A model generated the notes under the pieces. It saw only the letters and a list, made by a program, of their open reading frames with translations. It searched no databases and was not told the origin of the DNA. The translations under genes were made by a program, and so were the position numbers. Positions 55,953 to 64,000 of a stretch of DNA of 64,000 nucleotides are shown in pieces. Position 1 is the stretch's first letter. Each line of letters starts with the position of its first letter. The stretch is from Gammaproteobacteria bacterium (GTDB lineage: Bacteria > Pseudomonadota > Gammaproteobacteria > JAJFKG01): assembly GCA_965116795.1 (NCBI GenBank), contig OZ220716.1, positions 842,503-906,502 on the forward strand. Reading direction: 5' to 3'.

Positions 55953-58113
55953 GATTGCCTCCTGATGCTGTTTTGGCTTTATTTTGTGCCAATGCAGCCA
56001 GTACTTTATCTTTAGGGCCATCAGCAATGATTTGTCCACTATCCATCACAATTAATCTATCTACCATCGATAGCATTGATAATTTATGTGTGATAAGGAT
56101 CATGGTTTTGCCTTCACTGTATTTTGCTAAATTTTTTGTAACGATTTGTTCAGTACGATTATCCATCGCACTAGTTGGTTCATCTAATAAGAGAATGGGT
56201 GGAGAACCGAGGATCCCGCGCGCGATCATAATTGCCTGGCGCTGGCCTCCAGACAATCCATCACCGTGCTCCCCAACCCATAACTGGTAACCCGCTGGAT
56301 TGCGGCTCATGAATTTGTCGACACCAGCAATACGTGCTGCGTCCAATACCATGTCATCACTAGCCCATGACATACGCATAGCAATATTGTCGTGTATTGT
56401 GCCGTACATTAAGCGTTGATCTTGTGGAACATAACCAATATTGCGGCGCAAATCGGCCGGATCGATTTGGCTAATATCAATGCCGTCTACTAGTATATTG
56501 CCATCTGTTGGGCGATAAAATTCTAATAACAGTTTTTGTAAAGTTGTTTTACCTGAACCAATACTACCAACTAATCCAATACGTTCACCGGCTTTTATCT
56601 TAAAAGATATGTTTTGCAGTACATTACATTTTGCATTTGGGTATTTAAAGCTAACGTTATCAAATTCAATATCACCATCGAAATGTGGCCGACGTAGAAA
56701 TTTTGCTTCATGTGGTCGTTCAATGGGTAGTTCCATTATTTTATTTAAATTTTCTAATGCAATACGTGACTGTTGATAACGTAATAATACAGCTGTCATC
56801 TGAGCTAATGGGGCAATGGCGCGACCTGCTAGAATAGTGCATGCAATTAATCCACCGACGGTTAAGTTGCCTGATTGAATTAAATACACACCGTAAACGA
56901 CTACACTAATTGTCACAATTTGTTGCATGAATGCGGTAAAGCTAGATGCAATTGTAGAAAATTTGCGAGAACGTCGTCCGGATTTAGCAGATTCTGCAAT
57001 GGCTTCTTCCCATTTTTGTTGCATACTTCCTTCTGCGCCCATACTTTTGATCAATTCAATATTATTAATTGCTTCGACAAGTACAGCATGTTTTTGGGTT
57101 GAACCAATATAACCTTTGCTGACTTCACGACGCATTGGCATTTCTAATAATACGGCGACCATAAATACAATGGGAGCAGCAACCAACGGGAAAATGGCGA
57201 CACTGCCACCGATTAAGAAAATAAAGAAGATAAATAATACTAGGAAAGGCAAGTCAATTAATGTTGCCATGGTGGCTGATGTAAAAAAGTCACGCAGTAC
57301 TTCAAATTCACGCAAGTTATTAGCAAATGCTCCAGATGATTTTGGCTTTGCTGACATTTGTAGTCCCATGACATGTTGAAAAATATTGCTTGCCATCGAA
57401 ATATCTGCTTTTTTACCTGCTGCATCGATAAAATAACCACGTAGTACTTTCAATAAGAAATCAAATGCGATGACGATGATAACGCCAGTTGCCAACATCC
57501 ATAGTGTGGCAAGTGCATTGTTAGGTACAACTTTGTCGTATACATTCATCACAAATAATGGCGTGGCTAATGCAAATAGGTTGATGAGTAGTACAGTTAC
57601 GATGACACGAAAATAAATATGGTTGTAACGTGCTAATGTACCCCAAAACCATTTTCGAGGTCGTCCCAACTTATATTCATCTGCACGTGATTCAAATTGA
57701 TAAGATGCTTTAATTAATATGACATAACCAGTATATGCATCTTCAAGATCGTCAATAGTAATTTTCGAAATAACTTCACTAGTATCAGGAAAAATAACAT
57801 CAGCACTGCCATCTTGATTAAAAGCAGTTAATACACAAGCGTGACCATCTTTTAAAATTAGAATAGCAGGTAGTACTAATGGGTTAATTCGATGGATTGG
57901 TCGATGAATTAATTTTGCATATAAGTTAGCACGTTCGGCGGCACGTGGAAATAGATCAGGTGTTAAGCGATTGTTGCGCAGTGGTAGTCCAGCAACTAAT
58001 GCGTCACGCGAGTAAGGGTGGTGTCGTAATTTAGTTAGGGTTATCAAACATCCTAAGAGAGGATCATCTACATCATCTTCGGAATAATGATAACCGCCAG
58101 CGTGTTTATCCAT
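55942..58113 (-). CDS. Type I secretion permease/ATPase (LssB/LapB type)
   Basis: C39-like N-domain (DPLLGCL...LVAGLP), PLFVMNVYDKVVPN, GSIGSGKTT, LSGGQRQ, LLDEPTS. Confidence 0.94.
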   Translation of the reverse strand: MDKHAGGYHYSEDDVDDPLLGCLITLTKLRHHPYSRDALVAGLPLRNNRLTPDLFPRAAERANLYAKLIHRPIHRINPLVLPAILILKDGHACVLTAFNQDGSADVIFPDTSEVISKITIDDLEDAYTGYVILIKASYQFESRADEYKLGRPRKWFWGTLARYNHIYFRVIVTVLLINLFALATPLFVMNVYDKVVPNNALATLWMLATGVIIVIAFDFLLKVLRGYFIDAAGKKADISMASNIFQHVMGLQMSAKPKSSGAFANNLREFEVLRDFFTSATMATLIDLPFLVLFIFFIFLIGGSVAIFPLVAAPIVFMVAVLLEMPMRREVSKGYIGSTQKHAVLVEAINNIELIKSMGAEGSMQQKWEEAIAESAKSGRRSRKFSTIASSFTAFMQQIVTISVVVYGVYLIQSGNLTVGGLIACTILAGRAIAPLAQMTAVLLRYQQSRIALENLNKIMELPIERPHEAKFLRRPHFDGDIEFDNVSFKYPNAKCNVLQNISFKIKAGERIGLVGSIGSGKTTLQKLLLEFYRPTDGNILVDGIDISQIDPADLRRNIGYVPQDQRLMYGTIHDNIAMRMSWASDDMVLDAARIAGVDKFMSRNPAGYQLWVGEHGDGLSGGQRQAIMIARGILGSPPILLLDEPTSAMDNRTEQIVTKNLAKYSEGKTMILITHKLSMLSMVDRLIVMDSGQIIADGPKDKVLAALAQNKAKTASGGNHGK

Positions 58114-58266
58114 TATTCTTCAATATTTCCTATAACATTCAACTAAATAAATATAGCGATTATTTAATAGGTTGCTCAGTCTGCAAATTTGGTACCAGCA
58201 AGAGGTGGAGTTATTGTATGTTATTGAAACAATAGTGCTTTTGTTGCGAGTGACTCAATAATACAG

Positions 58267-60174
58267 TTACGATGTTTGATTTGTACGTAGATCAGCTAAA
58301 TTACCGTTTTTCTCTAGCCAGTGCCGGCGATCAGTCGATCGTTTTTTAGCAAGTAACATGTCCATAATACATTGGGATTTAGTGCCATCATCTAACACTA
58401 ATTGCACTAAGCGACGTGTATCTGGGTCCATTGTTGTTTCACGCAATTGCAATGGGTTCATTTCACCTAATCCTTTGAAACGTTGAATGTGGAGTTTGGT
58501 GGATGTGTTTTTGTGTTCTGCTTGGATCCGATCAAGTACACCTTGTTTTTCCGCATCATCCAATGCGTAATAAACATTTTTACCGAGATCAATACGATAT
58601 AGAGGTGGCATTGCTACATATACATGTCCATTCTCAACCAATGCTTGAAAATGTCGTAAGAATAAAGCGCATAGTAATGTGGCGATATGAGCGCCATCTG
58701 AATCGGCATCAGCCAAGATGCAAATTTTGTGATAGCGCAGTCCAGTTAAATTGTCGCTACCAGGATCAACACCAACGGCAATTGCAATATCGTGAATGGT
58801 TTGTGATGAAAGCACTTGAGTTGAATCAACTTCCCACGTATTTAAGATCTTTCCACGCAATGGCATCACTGCTTGGAATTGACGATCACGTGCTTGTTTT
58901 GCCGATCCACCAGCAGAATCACCTTCTACTAAGAATAATTCACTGTTTGCTGGATCTTGACTAGCACAATCAGCTAATTTTCCAGGCAATGCTGGCCCAC
59001 TTGTGATTTTTTTACGGGTAACTGTTTTGCCTGCACGCAAACGTTTTTGGGCATTATCGATAGCGAGTTCAGCAAGTGCTTTACCTTCGGCAACATGTTG
59101 ATTTAACCATATGCTAAATGCATCTTTAACAATTCCACTGACAAAGGCAGCACACTGACGGGATGATAAACGTTCTTTGGTTTGTCCAGAAAATTGTGGG
59201 TCGAGTAATTTAACAGATAAAACGTATTGGCAATTTTCCCAAATGTCATCAGCAACCAATTTAACACCGCGTGGCAATAAATGGTGAATATCACAGAATT
59301 CACGTAGTGCATCAAGTAAACCGCTGCGCAACCCATTAATGTGTGTACCACCAGCAGGGGTTGGAATTAAATTAACATAGCTCTCTGTTAATTGTTCCTT
59401 AGCTTCTGTTAGCCACTGTACTGCCCAATCGACTTCTTCATCTTGTGCGTTAAATGAGCCGACAAAAGGTTGTTCTGGTAATACAGTATAGCCATGAGTT
59501 GCCTGGATAAGATAATCTGCTAACCCATCAGCATAGTGCCAGGTTTCATTTTGTTTTGCTTTTTTATCGTGATAATTAATAGTAAGGCCTGAACATAATA
59601 CTGCTTTTGCGCGCAATGCATGCATTAATTTATTGGTGGTGATTTTAGTCGTATCGAAATACTGAGTGGCTGGCCAAAAGCGGATGCAAGTACCTGTCCG
59701 ACGTTTGCTGACATCGCCTACCATAGTGAGCTTTTTGCTAACAGCACCGTTGGCAAATGACATCTGATGTTGTTTGCCATGTTGATAGACATCTATGTTT
59801 AATTTACTTGATAATGCATTAACAACAGATACGCCAACACCATGTAAACCACCAGAGAAACGGTATGTCTTATTGGAAAACTTAGCGCCAGCATGTAAGC
59901 GCGTTAGGATTAATTCAATGCCTGAGATTTTTTCTTCTGGATGAATGTCCACTGGCATACCACGACCATCATCGCTGACTTCAATTGAGCCATCAGTATG
60001 CAATGTGACATCGATAGACTTACCGTAGCCGGCCATGACTTCATCAACACTGTTATCGATAACTTCCATGACCAAATGGTTTGGGTTAATTGTATTAGTG
60101 TACATGCCTGGGCGCTTTTGCACAGGCTCTAATCCACTTAATACTTCGATGGCATTAGCAGTATAATTTGTCAT
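58267..60174 (-). CDS. parE: DNA topoisomerase IV subunit B
   Basis: LEPVQKRPGMY, EVIDNSVDE, LHAGAKF, VEGDSAGGSAKQAR, DADSDG, RFKGLGEMNP. Confidence 0.97.
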   Translation of the reverse strand: MTNYTANAIEVLSGLEPVQKRPGMYTNTINPNHLVMEVIDNSVDEVMAGYGKSIDVTLHTDGSIEVSDDGRGMPVDIHPEEKISGIELILTRLHAGAKFSNKTYRFSGGLHGVGVSVVNALSSKLNIDVYQHGKQHQMSFANGAVSKKLTMVGDVSKRRTGTCIRFWPATQYFDTTKITTNKLMHALRAKAVLCSGLTINYHDKKAKQNETWHYADGLADYLIQATHGYTVLPEQPFVGSFNAQDEEVDWAVQWLTEAKEQLTESYVNLIPTPAGGTHINGLRSGLLDALREFCDIHHLLPRGVKLVADDIWENCQYVLSVKLLDPQFSGQTKERLSSRQCAAFVSGIVKDAFSIWLNQHVAEGKALAELAIDNAQKRLRAGKTVTRKKITSGPALPGKLADCASQDPANSELFLVEGDSAGGSAKQARDRQFQAVMPLRGKILNTWEVDSTQVLSSQTIHDIAIAVGVDPGSDNLTGLRYHKICILADADSDGAHIATLLCALFLRHFQALVENGHVYVAMPPLYRIDLGKNVYYALDDAEKQGVLDRIQAEHKNTSTKLHIQRFKGLGEMNPLQLRETTMDPDTRRLVQLVLDDGTKSQCIMDMLLAKKRSTDRRHWLEKNGNLADLRTNQTS

Positions 60175-60203
60175 AGTTCTAACTATAGTCGTTTTCGAGC
60201 ATT

Positions 60204-60396
60204 TAACCTAAATTCTGCAGTTAAACTGGACTGCGAAGGTGTATTGCATTGAATCTTAATTTTATTTTTAGGATTTTTGACGCAGTCGTACTCACCTGTA
60301 CGGTGAGTACGACTGCGTCAAAAATCCTAAAAATAAACCTAATCTTACAACGCACTAACCCTTCTCGTCCTCAGTTTAACTGCGGAATTTAGGTTA
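60204..60396. mobile_element. ~193-bp palindromic MITE-like element (ACCTAAA family), copy B
   Basis: TIR TAACCTAAATTCTGCAGTTAAACTG / CAGTTTAACTGCGGAATTTAGGTTA; central perfect hairpin with ~36-bp arms. Confidence 0.87.
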
Positions 60397-60535
60397 AATT
60401 TAATGCATTTTATAATATAGGGGGATAATAATCTAAAATACAAAGCGTGCACAATATTACATTTCGCTCTGACTTGTCCAGCTCAGTGGTGATTTGCGTC
60501 TCTATTTGTGATAATTTGAGCGTGACTGCCGGCCT

Positions 60536-61378
60536 TTGGAATTATCAACAGTGTCAATTGACAGTAGCGTATTGCTACCACAGGTAAATGTTATCGCTGA
60601 GCAAGCAGCGCGTATTATTATGGATATATATCATAATGGTATTACTGCCGAGCAAATTCAGCATAAAGTTGACAACTCACCGGTAACAGTAGCCGATCTT
60701 GCTTCGCATGCTTATATTGTAAATGCACTTGCTGCACTAACACCAAGCATTCCGATTGTCTCTGAAGAAACTGCGCTACCTGATGTTGCCATACGCCGTC
60801 AATGGACGCACTATTGGTTAGTGGACCCACTTGATGGTACCAAAGAGTTCATTGACCATAATGGTGAGTTTACAATTAATATTGCCTTAATCGAGGATGG
60901 TTGTGTTGTATTGGGTGTTGTCTATTTACCAGCAGTAGAGACTTGTTATTATGCCTATGCAGGAGGCGGTGCTTATAAACAAGTTGCTAATGGTGTTGCC
61001 AAGCCAATTCATGCGCGTCGACGAACCACCGCAGATGAATTAATTATCTTAACAAGCCGGCGTAATCATAGTCAGCGAGTGACCACTTTGGCAGATAGAT
61101 TGCCACATGCACGTATAGAACGTTATGGTAGTGCGATTAAATTATGTTTTTTAGCAGAAGGTCAGGCGGATGTGTATACCCGTTTTGGCAATGTGTTAGA
61201 ATGGGATTTAGCAGCAGGACACTGTATTATTGAACAAGCAGGTGGGTGTGTTTCTAGTATTGCTGGGACTCGTTTAATTTATAATACACCGCAATTAGAA
61301 CACCCTAATTTTTTTGCAGTAGGTTGTTGCGATTATCCGTGGCAATCTTATTTAGTAGGTATATCATATGACAATTAA
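60536..61378 (+). CDS. cysQ: 3'(2'),5'-bisphosphate nucleotidase CysQ
   Basis: [32 protein letters not shown]; true start may be GTG 60551. Confidence 0.93.
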   Translation: MELSTVSIDSSVLLPQVNVIAEQAARIIMDIYHNGITAEQIQHKVDNSPVTVADLASHAYIVNALAALTPSIPIVSEETALPDVAIRRQWTHYWLVDPLDGTKEFIDHNGEFTINIALIEDGCVVLGVVYLPAVETCYYAYAGGGAYKQVANGVAKPIHARRRTTADELIILTSRRNHSQRVTTLADRLPHARIERYGSAIKLCFLAEGQADVYTRFGNVLEWDLAAGHCIIEQAGGCVSSIAGTRLIYNTPQLEHPNFFAVGCCDYPWQSYLVGISYDN

Positions 61379-62360
61379 TAAACATGTTAACGTAGCAATT
61401 ACTGGAGCGGCTGGTCAAATTGGTTATGCGTTGGTATATCGTATCGCATCGGGGCAAATGTTTGGTAACGACGTCACAGTGAGTTTAAATCTGATTGAAT
61501 TAGAGCACTCACTTCCAGCATTATACGGTGTTGCAATGGAGTTAGAAGATTGTGCCTTTCCACTGTTGCGTGATATTAAGTGTACTGCCAGTTTAGCTGA
61601 TGGTATGCATGATGTGAATTGGGCAATTCTAGTGGGTGCAGTACCACGCAAAGCGGGAATGGAGCGTTCTGATTTACTGAAAATAAATGGTGGTGTTTTT
61701 ACTGAACAAGGCAAAGCAATTAATGATAATGCAGCTGACGATGTACGCGTGTTTGTTGTCGGTAATCCATGTAATACCAATTGTTTGATTGCAATGCACA
61801 ATGCGCCAGATGTGCCTAATGATCGTTTTTATGCAATGACCATGTTAGATGAATTGCGTGCAAAAGCACAATTAGCAAAACGGGCTAATCAACCTATTAC
61901 CGCAGTGTCTAACATGATTATTTGGGGAAACCACTCAGCAACACAATATCCAGATTTTTATCATGCTAACATTAATGGTCGTATTGCAGTCGATGTTATC
62001 CAAGATGAAACATGGTTGCAGCAAGAATTTGTTAAGATAGTACAGCAACGTGGAGCCGATATTATTAAAGCACGTGGTGCGTCGTCAGCTGCATCAGCTG
62101 CTAATGCCATTATTAATGGCATTTATCAATTAACTCACGATACTGCATCAGGCGATTATTTTTCAATGTGTTGTTGTGCTAATGGTGAGTATGGTGTTGA
62201 TGATGGATTAATTTTTTCTTATCCATGTCAAGTAAGCCAAGGGAAATTATGTATTGTTAATAGTATTGACCATAATGAGTATGGACAACAAAAATTGCAG
62301 GCAACGTTAGCTGAATTACGTCAGGAGCGTGATGCGATAAGAGCAGAAGGTTTAATTTAG
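61368..62360 (+). CDS. mdh: Malate dehydrogenase (family 2)
   Basis: [46 protein letters not shown]. Confidence 0.97.
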   Translation: MTINKHVNVAITGAAGQIGYALVYRIASGQMFGNDVTVSLNLIELEHSLPALYGVAMELEDCAFPLLRDIKCTASLADGMHDVNWAILVGAVPRKAGMERSDLLKINGGVFTEQGKAINDNAADDVRVFVVGNPCNTNCLIAMHNAPDVPNDRFYAMTMLDELRAKAQLAKRANQPITAVSNMIIWGNHSATQYPDFYHANINGRIAVDVIQDETWLQQEFVKIVQQRGADIIKARGASSAASAANAIINGIYQLTHDTASGDYFSMCCCANGEYGVDDGLIFSYPCQVSQGKLCIVNSIDHNEYGQQKLQATLAELRQERDAIRAEGLI

Positions 62361-62486
62361 TATACTCTTCGTATTTTAACTGTATGCTTTGTTGGCTTCG
62401 CCCGTTCGCAATAGTCATGTATTTCAATACACTCCTGTTGCTCACAGGCTTGCCGCCTCGCTTACAGTCAAAACGCTTTGAGTATA
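62361..62486. mobile_element. ERIC-like 126-bp MITE, copy C
   Basis: TATACTC...GAGTATA directly after the mdh stop; shares GTCATGTATTTCAATACACTCC core and CTTGCCGCCTCG. Confidence 0.85.
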
Positions 62487-62626
62487 CACTGAGTTTAAGC
62501 TGACGTTTTTTGGTGAAGGTACAGTTCAGCTAAGTTGTTTTATAGTTAGCAGATTGCAAATCTACATGGAATGTAGGAGTGTATACTATACTACTCAAGC
62601 CTACGGCTAAAATGTGAAGAGTGTAC

Positions 62627-64000
62627 ATGGATAGTAAATTGAACAAACCATCTATACGACCAATTATTATTATCATTGTTGTTGGCCTTGTTCTAGCTGG
62701 ACTAGGGTATAAGGCAATGGAGTATGCTGGAGATAGTCAGCAGCGTAATCAATTTCAGCAATTGGCCCAAAAGAGAAGTTTCTTAGCCGAACAACAACTG
62801 GATGATGTATTAGATAGCTTGGTTGCATTGCGTACATTTTACCTTGCATCTGAAAATGTCACCGCAACAGAATTTCAAATCTATGCCAACCATCTTCTAA
62901 ACCGTTATCCTGGCTTAATAGCGTTGTTGTGGGCACCAGTTGTCAATATAGCTAATCAGGTTGACACAGATAATATACTGCCTGATGATGCTCAAACAAC
63001 GGTATACTATCCAATCACTTATTTTGCTGGCACAACCCAATCAGCATTACCGTTAGGCTTAAATTTAGCGTCATTGCCAGACTTGCATAATCAGTTGCAA
63101 ACACAGCATCGCCAACAACTTATTTGGCAAGCGCTTGGTACGCTTAATGGTAATAGCAACGAAAGATCATATTATATTACCGTGTTGGCTGTGCCTAATA
63201 CCATAGGTAATTTAATGGGTTATGTTGCAGCTGTTGTTGATTTATCTACGTTACTAGACCCAATTTTTCAGGATGCTACTACACCACTCTATGCGCAAAT
63301 TACGTTACAACATGATCGTCATATAACCTATACATTCGGTGAATTAAACAAACCAATTATCCAATATCAACGTCCATTGACAGTCATCGGTGGTAATTGG
63401 GATTATCAACAATCATTGCTATATCAAAAACTAACTTGGGAATCATTATGGCCGCCCTTGCTTATTTTTATAAGCTTACTGTCTATTGCTATTATTTTAG
63501 CGATTTACATTAAAAATAAATTAGAACAACAGCAGCGTACCGAAAAAGTCGTCAAATTGCGTACGCAAGAATTAAGTTATACTACAGCGCGTTTAAAGCA
63601 ACGTAGTTTACAATTGGCTAATATCAATACTGAATTGCAACAATTTGCCTATGTGGCGTCACATGACTTGCAAGCACCATTACGCATGATCCAACGTTAT
63701 GCTGAATTATTGCAACAAGAATTAGTTAATCAAGCCAATAATGACATAGGAAAACAATTACAGTCTATTTTTGTAGAAATTGGGCATATGGACCAATTAA
63801 TTACGGGTTTGTTAACCTATTCTCGAATTGAAAATGGCAATATAGAAATTAAACCTGTTGAAATGGAACATGTTGTTACTGCAGTGCTACAAAAATTAGC
63901 CGATCAAATTGAACAAGCTAATGCAGTGGTGACCCACGATGAATTACCAACTGTCTACGGCGATCAAGTTCAATTAACTAGTTTATTACAAAATTTAATT
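62627..64000 (+). CDS. Sensor histidine kinase with CHASE-like periplasmic domain (3' end runs off the window)
   Basis: Manual translation: TM, ...FYLASENVTATEF...YPGLIALLWAP..., second TM, ELQQFAYVASHDLQAPLR (H-box), GD..QL..LLQNLI (N-box). Confidence 0.88.
   Translation, partial: MDSKLNKPSIRPIIIIIVVGLVLAGLGYKAMEYAGDSQQRNQFQQLAQKRSFLAEQQLDDVLDSLVALRTFYLASENVTATEFQIYANHLLNRYPGLIALLWAPVVNIANQVDTDNILPDDAQTTVYYPITYFAGTTQSALPLGLNLASLPDLHNQLQTQHRQQLIWQALGTLNGNSNERSYYITVLAVPNTIGNLMGYVAAVVDLSTLLDPIFQDATTPLYAQITLQHDRHITYTFGELNKPIIQYQRPLTVIGGNWDYQQSLLYQKLTWESLWPPLLIFISLLSIAIILAIYIKNKLEQQQRTEKVVKLRTQELSYTTARLKQRSLQLANINTELQQFAYVASHDLQAPLRMIQRYAELLQQELVNQANNDIGKQLQSIFVEIGHMDQLITGLLTYSRIENGNIEIKPVEMEHVVTAVLQKLADQIEQANAVVTHDELPTVYGDQVQLTSLLQNLI

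Noticed and set aside
62257-62445. 62-aa ORF sharing NRSVLKYMT with the hfq upstream frame
   Set aside because: Derived from the ERIC-like repeat and antisense to mdh; not evidence of a protein family.

Overview
A mostly housekeeping, AT-rich (roughly 38-40% GC by eye) stretch of a gammaproteobacterial chromosome. Gene content suggests a Legionellales/Coxiellaceae-like lineage (CIRCE-controlled groESL, Rrf2 regulator-sufBCDSU-sufT, LssB/LssD-type T1SS, family-2 Mdh); this taxonomy is inferred. Gene blocks in order: rnr / tRNA-Leu / purA-hflCKX-hfq-miaA-mutL-amiB-tsaE-nnr-orn; K+ channel, frameshifted phzF, idi/ispA; TPR-methyltransferase-yggT-proC-yggS / pilT; groESL; dsbD-aroQ-accBC; fis-purH-purD; csrA-like, rph, MFS, xth/crc-like, pyrE; algC-dut-coaBC; rpmBG-mutM; ggt-fdx-coaD; suf operon; T1SS-cysC-sat remnant; parE; cysQ-mdh; partial CHASE histidine kinase. 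No CRISPR, prophage, rRNA or transposase was seen. The most unusual items are: (1) a Fis made of two complete Fis domains in one chain, behind a long structured leader where dusB normally sits; (2) at least three families of non-autonomous palindromic MITE-like elements (one ERIC-like) plus CGTC-type REPs, which supply the stop codons of cysC and purD and sit in the hfq leader; (3) a sat gene collapsed by an internal deletion whose junction carries a MITE end, within a T1SS-cysC-sat unit. All calls come from reading the sequence by eye, with no database searches.
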